A stretch of 64,000 nucleotides of DNA from Myxococcota bacterium. Lineage in GTDB: Bacteria > Myxococcota_A > UBA796 > SXON01. The notes below the pieces were generated by a model. That model saw only the letters and a program-made list of their open reading frames with translations. It did not search any database and was not told where the DNA came from. The stretch's first letter is position 1, and every line of letters begins with the position of its first letter. A program made the position numbers and the translations under genes. Positions 9,405-18,589 of the stretch are shown one piece after another. The stretch covers positions 96,001-160,000 of the forward strand of contig JAZKFH010000003.1 in assembly GCA_040386535.1 (NCBI GenBank), in the 5' to 3' direction.

Positions 9405-10391
9405 ATGGGCTCGAAGCGCGACGACGCCGGAAACCTGCTGGGCACCCAGGCGGGCCCCCAGATGGGCGCCCAGAAGCTCGCGGCGCTTCCGGACGACGAG
9501 AGCACGCGCAAGGTGGTGGTCCGCCGGCAGGGGCCCGACCGCAAGATCGTGGTGCTCACGCTCCGCGTCGTGGCCGGGCGCGACATGCTCCGCTTCGTCA
9601 CCCTCCAGAACGTGGACGAGGTGACGATCGGCCGCGACGAGGGCGGCGCGCTCGTGCTCACGGACGCGTCCGTGTCCCGCCGCCACGCGCGCATCACCTG
9701 CTCGGAGGACGGTCGTGTGTTCGTGGAGGACCTCGGCTCGACCAACGGCACCGCCGTGAACGGTCAGCCCGTCGAGAGCGCCGAGCTGCGCCCGGGCGAC
9801 CACCTCGAGATCGGCGCGGTGGCGCTGCGGCTCGACCTGTTGAGCCTCGTCGAGGTGGAACACCTCCAGGGCGTGCTCGAGCGGCTCGAGGCCAACAACC
9901 GTGACCCGCTGACCGGCCTGTTGAACCGCGGCTGGCTCGACGAGGAGCTGCCGAGCCAGCTCGACCAGGCCACGCGGGTCGGCGTCGACTACGCGTGCCT
10001 GTTCGTCGACATCGACAACTTCAAGTCCGTCAACGATCGCTTCGGCCACCAGGTCGGGGACGACGTGCTCGTGGGCGTCGCCCGCCTGCTGATGGTCGGG
10101 GTCCGCGAGACCGACGCGTGTGTCCGCTACGGCGGCGAGGAGCTCCTGATGCTCCTGCACGGCACGGACGAGGACACCGCGCTCGACGTGGCGGAGCGCG
10201 TGCGGCGCTCGATCGAGGCCCATGACTGGGCACGCACCAACCCGGGCCTCGAGGTGACCGCCTCGATCGGCGTCGCGGTCGTGCGGCGCCGCGAGGGGGT
10301 CAAGGAGCTGATCAACCGCGCAGACCGGGCGTTGTACGCGGCCAAAGCCGCGGGAAGAAACCGCGTCGTACGGGCATCGTCGCTGTCGTAG
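9405..10391 (+). CDS. FHA-domain diguanylate cyclase (FHA-GGDEF)
   Basis: FHA motifs IGR, VSRRHA and DLGSTNGT. GGDEF motifs DPLTGLLNR, DIDNFKSVNDRFGHQVGD and RYGGEEL, with an RxxD I-site (RETD). Confidence 0.95.
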   Translation: MGSKRDDAGNLLGTQAGPQMGAQKLAALPDDESTRKVVVRRQGPDRKIVVLTLRVVAGRDMLRFVTLQNVDEVTIGRDEGGALVLTDASVSRRHARITCSEDGRVFVEDLGSTNGTAVNGQPVESAELRPGDHLEIGAVALRLDLLSLVEVEHLQGVLERLEANNRDPLTGLLNRGWLDEELPSQLDQATRVGVDYACLFVDIDNFKSVNDRFGHQVGDDVLVGVARLLMVGVRETDACVRYGGEELLMLLHGTDEDTALDVAERVRRSIEAHDWARTNPGLEVTASIGVAVVRRREGVKELINRADRALYAAKAAGRNRVVRASSLS

Positions 10392-10462
10392 CGCACCGGG
10401 TGCCGCTCCGGTGGGGCCACGCGGCCCCGTTCGCGGATACGTTCGGCGTCCGAGGCGCTCCC

Positions 10463-11203
10463 ATGAGCTTGTTCAAGACGGGCTTGTTCGACACGATCCG
10501 ACGCTCGCTCGCGGGCGGCGACGACGAGCTCGGGCGGGAGGACCTCTTGCGCCAGGTCGAGGAGGGCATCCTCGCGCTCAAGCGCCACGCCGCGCGCGGC
10601 CGCGAGGTGTTCCCGGCCGGCGTCCGCGTCGACATCCGCGCCGCCGAGGGCAGCATCGTCACGCTCCGCGCGTTCGTCACCGACCCCTCCTTCGAGCGGG
10701 ATCTCGAGGCCCGCCTCCAGAACCGCCTCGTCGCGAGCGAAACCCTGCCCGCGCGCCGCTACAAGGTCGAGCGCGGCGAGCCCGCCGGGGTCACCATCCA
10801 GGAGGACGAGCAGGCCCTGGCCGGCATCCTCGTGGTCGAGGGCGGCGACAACGACGGCCATCGGTTCCCGGTCGACCTCGCGCGCAAGGAGTGGCGCATC
10901 GGCCGCGGCCGATGGCACCAGGAGCGCCCGGACGACCAGCGGCTCCCCAACGACATCGTATTGACCGAGTCGCTCGCCTGGGTCAGCCGCGCGGCGGCCA
11001 TCCTGCGGCGCACGGGCGCCTTGCTCGAGGTCGAGGCCCGCCAGCAGGGCGAGTTCCTCCTCGTCGTCCGGCGGGACGGCACCCAGCTCCGCCCCGCGAT
11101 GACGGCGTCCGGGCGCCTGCCCCTGCGCGTGGGCGATCGCATCGAGCTTCACGACGGTAACGACGGGCGCGTCGCCCTGCGCCTCGACGCGGCGGAGACC
11201 TAG
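10463..11203 (+). CDS. FhaA-like protein (DUF3662-like N-terminus plus FHA domain)
   Basis: C-terminal WRIGR...NDIVL...VSRAAA...LRVGDRIEL fits an FHA pattern. The N-terminal helix/strand pattern resembles the FhaA N-domain (inferred). Confidence 0.7.
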   Translation: MSLFKTGLFDTIRRSLAGGDDELGREDLLRQVEEGILALKRHAARGREVFPAGVRVDIRAAEGSIVTLRAFVTDPSFERDLEARLQNRLVASETLPARRYKVERGEPAGVTIQEDEQALAGILVVEGGDNDGHRFPVDLARKEWRIGRGRWHQERPDDQRLPNDIVLTESLAWVSRAAAILRRTGALLEVEARQQGEFLLVVRRDGTQLRPAMTASGRLPLRVGDRIELHDGNDGRVALRLDAAET

Positions 11204-12037
11204 ATGCTCAAGGCCGAGACCCCCGATCGTTTCCGGGCCGACTTCTCGAAGGTCAAGCGGAAGGGGGATTGGAGAAAGGTGTTCGAACCGAAGTCCGTGG
11301 TCGTGGTGGACGCCTGGGCGATCGGCCGGGCGGTCAGCGCCGCCATGGTCACCTGCCCCTTCAAGAGCGCCACCGGCCAGCCCCAGGTCTGGAACGAGTA
11401 CCGCGTGTTCCTCTCCCGCGCCGACCACGACCGGCTCCGCCCGATCGAGCAGAGCCTGCAGAAGGACCTCGGGCCGATCCTGTACGAGGAGCTCGTCCGC
11501 ATCGACGCCGTCACGGTCGGCGCGCTCACCGTACGCCTGCTGGTAGACGACGCGGACGAGGTCGAGCCCGGCAACGGCGTGCTCCACGCCCGCCACGTCC
11601 CCGATGCCCAGGCCGCCGTGCCGGGCGCCGGCGAGATCACCGTGCGGCTCGACAAGCAGAAGCCGATGGGCCCTTCCCTCTCCGCCGGAGGCCCGGGCAC
11701 GGTGCCCGTAGGCGCCGCCGTCCTGCGCGCCCCCACCGGGGATGTCGTGCTCCGCAGCGGCGTCCGCCACGTGCTCGGACGCGCGCACCCCGACGCCGGC
11801 GGCGACCACGTCGCGATCCCCGGGGCCGGCCCGCGCATCAACCGCCGCCAGGCAGCGGTCCGCGTCGACAATGACCACGTCGAGGTGACCCGCGAGCCGG
11901 CCGACAGCAACCCCGTGGCGGTGGGCGGGGCCGCCCTCGCGCCCGGCCAGACCGTCCGCGAGAAGCTGCCGGTCGAGATCGTGCTCTCCGGCGAGATGAA
12001 GCTCGTGGTCCAGCGCGTCGGTGGGGGCGCGTCATGA
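11204..12037 (+). CDS. FhaA-like protein (DUF3662-like plus degenerate FHA domain)
   Basis: VWNEYRVFLSRADHDRL resembles the DUF3662 'PN.Y.V.LS..D' motif. C-terminal VLGRAH...INRRQA...SNPV is FHA-like. Confidence 0.7.
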   Translation: MLKAETPDRFRADFSKVKRKGDWRKVFEPKSVVVVDAWAIGRAVSAAMVTCPFKSATGQPQVWNEYRVFLSRADHDRLRPIEQSLQKDLGPILYEELVRIDAVTVGALTVRLLVDDADEVEPGNGVLHARHVPDAQAAVPGAGEITVRLDKQKPMGPSLSAGGPGTVPVGAAVLRAPTGDVVLRSGVRHVLGRAHPDAGGDHVAIPGAGPRINRRQAAVRVDNDHVEVTREPADSNPVAVGGAALAPGQTVREKLPVEIVLSGEMKLVVQRVGGGAS

Positions 12038-13350
12038 TGAGCGCCTCCGCCCGCACGCACGCCGGCCGCGTACGCCCCCACAACGAGGACGCCGCGGTGT
12101 GCCGCCCCGAGCAGGGCCTGTTCGCCGTGATCGACGGCATGGGCGGCCAGGAGGCCGGCGAGGTCGCCGCCGCCATCGCCGCCGCCGCCCTCGCGGAGGT
12201 GCCGAACCTCCCGCGCCTCACCAGCGAGACCGTCCTGACCGCCGCGATGAAGGAGGCCCGCGCGCGCATCCTGCGGCAGGCCGAGCTGGACCCCACCCAG
12301 AAGGACATGGGCGCCGTCGCCACCGCCGTGCGCATCGAGGACAACGGGCGCAGCGTCGGCGTCGCGCACGTGGGCGACACGCGCGCGTGGCTCGTGAACG
12401 GCAAGGGTGTGCGCCAGCTCACCCACGACCACGTCGCGGCCGACAACGGCGGCCCAAACAAACGCCCGGTGGCACGCGACCTCGGCCGCAAGACGATGGA
12501 GGGAGACTGGGTCGAGACCGGCCGCTTCCCCATCGCCCGGGGTGACCTGCTGGTGCTCGCGAGCGACGGCCTGCACGACGCGGTGCCGGCGGAGGAGCTC
12601 GCCGCGGAGCTCGCCCGGCTGTGGCGGGAGGGCGGAGACGCCGACGCGGTGAGCGCGCGCCTGATCGCGCTCGCCCTCGCGCGCGGCGGGCCCGACAACG
12701 TCACGGTCGTGGCGGTGCGGATCGGGCGCTTCCGGCGCGGCCGCAGCCCGCGGCGCCTCGGGTTCGCGGTGACCGTGGTTCTCTTCCTCGCGATGGCCAC
12801 CCTCGCGGGCGTCACGCTGTTCGGGCGCCGGATCCCGCCCGTGGTGCAGCTCCCGGATCAAGTGGCCGTCGCGACGCACTACGGCACGACGACGCAGGTG
12901 CGGGTGGAGGCCGGCAAGGTCACCCAGGTCACGAGCGGCACGGTGTTCGAGGTGCGCGGCACCCAGGTGCGCGGCATCGACTGGCGGGTCGAGGTGGCGA
13001 AGGGCGCCACGCTCAGCCTGCAGCTCACGACGGTCGAGCTCGAGGGCGCCTTCATCGTGGAGCTGGCTGAGGGGGCGAAGCTCCTGATGGGGGACAGCCG
13101 CGTGAGCGCCAACTCGGTGCGGATCGTGAGCCAGGTCGGCGACGAGATCGTGCTCGAGGACGTCATCTTCGAGACCACGGGCACGCCCGGCCCCGTCTAC
13201 GAGGGCCCCGTGACGCCGACCCAGACGCGCGTGTTCGTCGTCGGCAGCGCGCCGGAGGCGCCTCCTGAAGAGGCCCCGCCAGAAGGCGCCCCCGAGGGCG
13301 AGGTGCCCGCCACGCCGGCCCCGGTGCCGGCCACGCCGGTCAAGCCGTGA
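12034..13350 (+). CDS. Membrane-anchored PP2C (PPM) Ser/Thr phosphatase, PstP-like
   Basis: GRVRPHNED, VIDGMGG, AHVGDTR, LTHDH, LASDGL and GGPDNVTV motifs, followed by a TM helix and a beta-rich extracytoplasmic tail. Confidence 0.92.
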   Translation: MMSASARTHAGRVRPHNEDAAVCRPEQGLFAVIDGMGGQEAGEVAAAIAAAALAEVPNLPRLTSETVLTAAMKEARARILRQAELDPTQKDMGAVATAVRIEDNGRSVGVAHVGDTRAWLVNGKGVRQLTHDHVAADNGGPNKRPVARDLGRKTMEGDWVETGRFPIARGDLLVLASDGLHDAVPAEELAAELARLWREGGDADAVSARLIALALARGGPDNVTVVAVRIGRFRRGRSPRRLGFAVTVVLFLAMATLAGVTLFGRRIPPVVQLPDQVAVATHYGTTTQVRVEAGKVTQVTSGTVFEVRGTQVRGIDWRVEVAKGATLSLQLTTVELEGAFIVELAEGAKLLMGDSRVSANSVRIVSQVGDEIVLEDVIFETTGTPGPVYEGPVTPTQTRVFVVGSAPEAPPEEAPPEGAPEGEVPATPAPVPATPVKP

Positions 13351-16300
13351 TCCTGCTGATCGTCGAGCTGGCGCTGCTGCTCCTCGTCGCCCTCGCCGGT
13401 TGGTTCGGCGCGGGCTTCGCCATCGAGGGCACCCTCGCCACCGCCGCCGCGCGCGCTCAGACCGGCGACGCCGTGCTCGTCCGCGCCGCCGGCGACCAGG
13501 CCGCCCTGTGGTTCGCGGGGGGCCTCGTGCTGCTCGCGGTGGCCCGCGGCGCGACCGGCCTCCGGCGCGGCCAGCACATCCGGACGCCGCTGCTCCTCCC
13601 CGCCGTGGGCGCCGCGGCCGCGCTCGGGCTCGTGGTGCAGCTCGGCTACGGCAACCCCTTCCGCGCCGACTGGCCGGGCCCCGGGTTCGCGCAGGGCGTG
13701 TTCTACGGGTGCCTCGCGGCGGCGGCGATCCTGGCCGTGCCCGGCGACATCGGGGCGTGGATCTCGCGCGGGCGCTGGGTCATCGGTGGTGGCGCCGTGG
13801 CGCTGCTCATCGCGCTCGCGATCTTCGGCGAGGCGCCCGGCCGCTCCGGCCAGCGCATCAACCTCTTCGGCACCCAGCCCATCGAGCTCGTGAAGGTGGG
13901 GGCGGTGTTGTTCGCCGCCGACGCGCTCGGCCGGCGCGCGGGCAAGATCCGCTTCCAGCGCGTGCGGGCGGGCTTCCTGCGCCTGCCGCGCGCCACGTTG
14001 CTGGTCCCGGCGCTCGTCGCGTTGCTGGCGACCTGGGCGGGCCTGTTCCTCGTCAAGGATCTCGGCCCCACGCTGATCCTCGGGGCGGTGTTCCTGGGCT
14101 TGTTCTACCTCGCCACGCGCAGCCCCGGCTGGGTGATGCTCGCGGTGGGCACGTTCGCGGCGACGCTCGCCCTGCTCGCCGTCGCGCCCGAGCTCGCCCC
14201 CGCCGGCACCGTGCAGACCCGCCTCCGGATGTGGTCCGATCCGTGGCTCAACGGCCTGCCCAACGGCGACCAGCTCGCGCTCGGCTTCTGGGCCATGGCG
14301 GCGGGCGGCTGGGAGGGCAGCGGCCTCGGCACCGCGTTCCCGGGCGGAATCCCGGCGGGCCACACCGATCTCGTCTACGCCCACCTCGTCGAGGAGCTCG
14401 GCGTGCGGGGCGCGCTCCTGTGGCTCCTCCTCCTCGGAGTGGCGGTCACGGACGGGCTGCGCGTCGCGGCGCGCAACCGCACGCCGGAGCGCGCGCTGAT
14501 GGCGGCGGGCCTCGGGATGCTCGTCGTGGCGCAGGCCGCGACGATCCTCGGCGGCACGTTCGGCATCATCCCCCTGACGGGCGTCGTCGTCCCGTTCCTC
14601 TCCTTCGGCAAGACCAGCATGGTGGCCTTCTGGGCCATCGCGGCCCTGCTCGCGCGGCTCGGGGACGACGGCGAGGCGCGCGTCGCGACCGACGAGCTGC
14701 GCGAGATCGCCGGCGGCGTGCGACACGTGCAGGTCGCGGTCGGTACGCTCACGGTGCTCGGCGTCGCAGTGACGCTCCTCGCCGCCGTGGTCGGGCGCGA
14801 CGAGACCAGCCTCCGCGGCGTGGTGACCACCCTGAAGGACGGCACGCCGGTGCTCCTCCAGGACCGCCGTCTCTCGTCCATCGCGGCCGCGATCCGCCGC
14901 GGGGACATCCTCGATCGCAACGACCAGCCGCTCGCGACGTCGCCGGTCGCCGGCACGCGCGAGAACCCGCTGGGAGACGCCTTCGGCACCGTGCTCGGCC
15001 CCGCGGGCGGCGGCGTGCTCCGGGCGAAGTGGAGCATCGAGCGGCAGCAGGAGGCCGCGCTCCGTGGCTACCCCGACAAGGCCGACGGTCCCGCCATCTG
15101 GCTCGGCGCGGTGAACGGTGTCGATCGGCTCCTCCTGGCCGTCCCCTCCGCGGCAAACGAGGAGGCTTCCGAACGCGGTCGCGCGCAGGCCGCCTTCACG
15201 CGCCTGGGCGGCGTCCCCTCCCCCGACGGGAGCTTCGACCGCATCCGCCGCGTCGCGCTCTCCACGCCCGATCTCACCTCGCTCCTCCCGCTCGCGCGCC
15301 TCCCGCTCGTCGATCGGGAGGCCGCGATCCAGGTCCTCTCCGCCAACGTCATCAGCCGCTCGGTCAAGCTCACGATCGACGCGCGCCTGCAGGCCGCGCT
15401 CGCGCCGCTGGTCAAGGCCGCCGCCGCCAAGAGCAGCGTGGGCGCCGCCGCCCTGGTGGTGCTCGATCCCGCCACCGGAGAGGTGCTCGCGCGCGTCCAG
15501 TGGCCCGACTACGACCCGAGCGGCACGACGTGGCGCAAGCAGCGCATCGCCGCGGAAGCGAAGTTCATGGGCATCTACGGCGCGTGGTCCGACAAGACCG
15601 GCGCGCACGGCGTGTGGCAGGCCGGCTCGGTGTTCAAGGTCCTCTCGGCGGTCGCGGCGGTCAAAGCGGGGAAGGTCGAGCCCTCCGGCCCCCCGTCCGC
15701 GCAGACCGGCTCCGTCTGCCCCACGGCCGCCTCGCCCCGGTATCCCTGCAACACGATGCACGACGGCCGCCCATCGTTCACCCTCCCGGCCTGGAGCCGC
15801 CCCATCCACGACCACGGCGACGGCGGCGCGCGCGGCGACCTCGACCTGGTCGCCGCCATCACGAAGAGCTCGAACGTGTGGTTCGGGCAGCTCGCGCTCG
15901 ATCTCGGCCCCGACGCCTACCGCGCCCTGCGCTCCGCCGGCGTCGAGTTCGGCAACCCCGGCCTCGATGAGGAGCGCGACGCCGACTACACCGGCCTCGG
16001 CGCGCGCGGCAGCCGGCGCCTCGCCCAGACCGGCTTCGGCCAGGGCGCGGGCTCGTGGAACGTGACCCAGGCCGCGCGACTCGTGGGCGCGGTGGCGGCG
16101 GGCGGCACCTATCGGCGCTGCCCGTCGGACATGCGCTTCGGCGCGGAGTGTGTCGCCGCCCCGCTCGTGGACGCGCCGGACGCGCTCGCGCCGGTGCTCG
16201 CCGGCATGGAGGGCGTGATGAAGTCCGGTACGGGCGCGCGCCTCGCGAAGGTGCCGGGCGTGCGGATCTACGGCAAGACCGGCACCGCCGACGCGCCGGG

Positions 16301-16553
16301 CACGCGGGACGAGGCGCCGTGGAAGATCCGGCCCGCCCAGACCACCCTCCCCCACTCCTGGTTCGTCGCGATCGCCGAGCCGGATCAGGCGCCGGCGTGC
16401 GCCACGGAGACGCCCGGCCGCTACGTCGTGACCGCCGTCGTCCCCCACGGCGGCTTCGGCGCCTCGGCCGCCGGCCCCCTCGCCATCGCGGCCGTCCGCG
16501 AGCTCCACACCCTCGGCTACCTGCCGGCCGCCACGACCTCGACGGTGCCATGA
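13347..16553 (+). CDS. Fused SEDS glycosyltransferase (RodA/FtsW) and class B PBP transpeptidase (PbpA-like)
   Basis: SEDS motifs QPIELVK, KDLGP, HTDLVY...EELG and IPLTGVVVPFLSFG. PBP motifs RGDILDR, SxxK (GSVFK), SxN (KSSN) and KTG (YGKTGTA), all in one 1068-aa frame. Confidence 0.93.
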   Translation: MILLIVELALLLLVALAGWFGAGFAIEGTLATAAARAQTGDAVLVRAAGDQAALWFAGGLVLLAVARGATGLRRGQHIRTPLLLPAVGAAAALGLVVQLGYGNPFRADWPGPGFAQGVFYGCLAAAAILAVPGDIGAWISRGRWVIGGGAVALLIALAIFGEAPGRSGQRINLFGTQPIELVKVGAVLFAADALGRRAGKIRFQRVRAGFLRLPRATLLVPALVALLATWAGLFLVKDLGPTLILGAVFLGLFYLATRSPGWVMLAVGTFAATLALLAVAPELAPAGTVQTRLRMWSDPWLNGLPNGDQLALGFWAMAAGGWEGSGLGTAFPGGIPAGHTDLVYAHLVEELGVRGALLWLLLLGVAVTDGLRVAARNRTPERALMAAGLGMLVVAQAATILGGTFGIIPLTGVVVPFLSFGKTSMVAFWAIAALLARLGDDGEARVATDELREIAGGVRHVQVAVGTLTVLGVAVTLLAAVVGRDETSLRGVVTTLKDGTPVLLQDRRLSSIAAAIRRGDILDRNDQPLATSPVAGTRENPLGDAFGTVLGPAGGGVLRAKWSIERQQEAALRGYPDKADGPAIWLGAVNGVDRLLLAVPSAANEEASERGRAQAAFTRLGGVPSPDGSFDRIRRVALSTPDLTSLLPLARLPLVDREAAIQVLSANVISRSVKLTIDARLQAALAPLVKAAAAKSSVGAAALVVLDPATGEVLARVQWPDYDPSGTTWRKQRIAAEAKFMGIYGAWSDKTGAHGVWQAGSVFKVLSAVAAVKAGKVEPSGPPSAQTGSVCPTAASPRYPCNTMHDGRPSFTLPAWSRPIHDHGDGGARGDLDLVAAITKSSNVWFGQLALDLGPDAYRALRSAGVEFGNPGLDEERDADYTGLGARGSRRLAQTGFGQGAGSWNVTQAARLVGAVAAGGTYRRCPSDMRFGAECVAAPLVDAPDALAPVLAGMEGVMKSGTGARLAKVPGVRIYGKTGTADAPGTRDEAPWKIRPAQTTLPHSWFVAIAEPDQAPACATETPGRYVVTAVVPHGGFGASAAGPLAIAAVRELHTLGYLPAATTSTVP

Positions 16554-18589
16554 CCAACCCGGGGCGCCCATCGGTCCTGCTCCGCGAGGTGCCCGGCTCG
16601 CGTCGGGTGTCGCGGACGTGGGTGGCGGGCCAGGAGTGTGTCACCCGCGTGCTCCTCTCCACCCAGGTGCCGACCGATCTCGGCCCGCTCGTCGAGAAGA
16701 TCGTGCTGCACGGGCACGGCAGCATGCTCGGGCTCATCCCCGACGATCTCCAGCTCACGCTCGAGGGGTACCGCGTGGCCGCGTGGCTGCCGTCCGACCT
16801 CGGCCCTCCCCTCCCGTGGACCGTCGCGGTCGCCGCCGGGGTCGACGCCGAGGGGCACGTGTCGATCTCCACGGGCTGGATCGAGGGGGATCCGCTCCAC
16901 CTGCTCCCAGCCCCCAGCCCCGAGGTTGCCCGCGCCCGCGCGCTCGACGCCCTCCGCATCCTCGTCGCCCTGCACGCGTGCCTCGTCACCTACGGCGACT
17001 TCAAGTCGGAGAACCTCGTCCTCCGTCCCGACGGCAGCATCGCCCTCATCGACCTGGACACCCTGCGGGAGGTGGCCCACGCCACGTCCTACGCGCCCAC
17101 GCGGGACCTGACGCGCAGCTGGGCGGCGCCCGAGCAGGAGCGCGACCAGCGGACCTACCTCGCGAGTGATCTCTGGTCGTGGGCTCAGCTGGTCGAGCAC
17201 CTCTTCCCCGCGGGCGCCCCGGCCGAATGGCGCTCCGCGCTGGACGCCTGCCGCCTCCACGATCCGCTCCGGCGGCCGCGCACCGAGTACCTCCTCGCTC
17301 ACCTCGAGCTCGGCGCACCTCTCGTCGACTGGCTCGACCGCCCCACGCCGCCGCCGCCGGGCACGGCCACCGAGCGGATGCCCGAGGTCACCAGCTCGTT
17401 CAGCCCGTCCCCGACCTCTCCCGGGGGGCGGGCGCCGTTCGAGACGGAGCGGGTCCCCGAACGCACCGGCGACACTGGCGGCGTGGGGTTCCGCGAGGTT
17501 ACGAGCACTGGAACCCACACGACGGCCACCACCGTCGCGCCCCGCCGGGTCCAGGCCGGATGTCTGTGGGGCGCGTTCGCGGCGATCGCGCTGCTGATGC
17601 TGACCTGCGGCGGCCTGGCGTTCACCTGGGATCAGTCGCGGATCGCGGACGCGAACACGGCCGCCGCGGAGGCCCTCGAAGCCATGAAGGCGAACAAGAC
17701 CCGCCCCGAGCTCAACAAGGACAGGTCCCAGCGCGAGAAGCTGCGGACGATGGCCGAGGACGCGTGGGCGATCCGAGAGACCCCGCGGTCCGCCGCCGTC
17801 CGCGCGCTCGCGACGGTGTGGGCCCAGGGGTTCCAGGACTCCAGCGAGGGATGGAAGCCCGAGCGCTACGAAGCGGCGCTCGCCGCGATCGAGCCCGTCG
17901 CGTCCAGCCGCCAGCCCGAGGCCCAGCTCGCCCGGGGCACGCTCGACGCCGCGGTCTGCCGCCTCAACCGCCTCGACACCACCGCGCCGGTGCACTGCGG
18001 GCGCGCGCTCGCCGGGCTCGAGGAGCTCCAGGAGGCCCTGCCCGCCGATGCCGAACACCACTGGCTCCGAATGGAGGCCGCGTGGACCGAGGTCCTGGTC
18101 CGCAGCGAGCTGGTGTCCCAGGCGCGCAACGCGGGGCTCCCGAGCGACGCGAAGCAGCTGGACGCCGGGCGCGCCCGGTGCACGCAGGCCGAGGCCTGGC
18201 TCCCCTACGCGCCCGTGAACGGCCCGGAGCTGTTCCAGGACTGCCTGCGGCTCGCGAGCGCGGCGCTCGACGTCGACCAGTACCTGCACTGGGCCGATCT
18301 GCTCGTCCGCGCGGACATGGCCGACGGCGCCGTCAAGAAGTCGACGATCAAGCACCTGTACGTCGGCGGCGGCATCGGGTGCGAGTCGAGCACGGTCGAT
18401 GACAAGCGCCGGGGCGAGTGGCCGGTCAAGGGCAAGCCCTGGTGCCTCGCCCTCGGCCACGCCGCGCGGGGCTGCTGGGACTCCGCGGCGACCGTCGTGT
18501 ACCGGGACCGCTCGGACGACCCTGACCACCCCTGGGATACCCTCCTGGCCTCTGCCCCCCATGGCACCCCTTCCACGTGCGTGCGCTGA
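16550..18589 (+). CDS. Atypical membrane Ser/Thr kinase-like protein with a Cys-rich helical extracytoplasmic domain
   Basis: YGDFKSENL catalytic loop, IDLD at the DFG position, WAAPEQ and SDLWS; then a Pro/Thr linker and a TM helix. The ATG overlaps the previous stop (ATGA). Confidence 0.8.
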   Translation: MTNPGRPSVLLREVPGSRRVSRTWVAGQECVTRVLLSTQVPTDLGPLVEKIVLHGHGSMLGLIPDDLQLTLEGYRVAAWLPSDLGPPLPWTVAVAAGVDAEGHVSISTGWIEGDPLHLLPAPSPEVARARALDALRILVALHACLVTYGDFKSENLVLRPDGSIALIDLDTLREVAHATSYAPTRDLTRSWAAPEQERDQRTYLASDLWSWAQLVEHLFPAGAPAEWRSALDACRLHDPLRRPRTEYLLAHLELGAPLVDWLDRPTPPPPGTATERMPEVTSSFSPSPTSPGGRAPFETERVPERTGDTGGVGFREVTSTGTHTTATTVAPRRVQAGCLWGAFAAIALLMLTCGGLAFTWDQSRIADANTAAAEALEAMKANKTRPELNKDRSQREKLRTMAEDAWAIRETPRSAAVRALATVWAQGFQDSSEGWKPERYEAALAAIEPVASSRQPEAQLARGTLDAAVCRLNRLDTTAPVHCGRALAGLEELQEALPADAEHHWLRMEAAWTEVLVRSELVSQARNAGLPSDAKQLDAGRARCTQAEAWLPYAPVNGPELFQDCLRLASAALDVDQYLHWADLLVRADMADGAVKKSTIKHLYVGGGIGCESSTVDDKRRGEWPVKGKPWCLALGHAARGCWDSAATVVYRDRSDDPDHPWDTLLASAPHGTPSTCVR

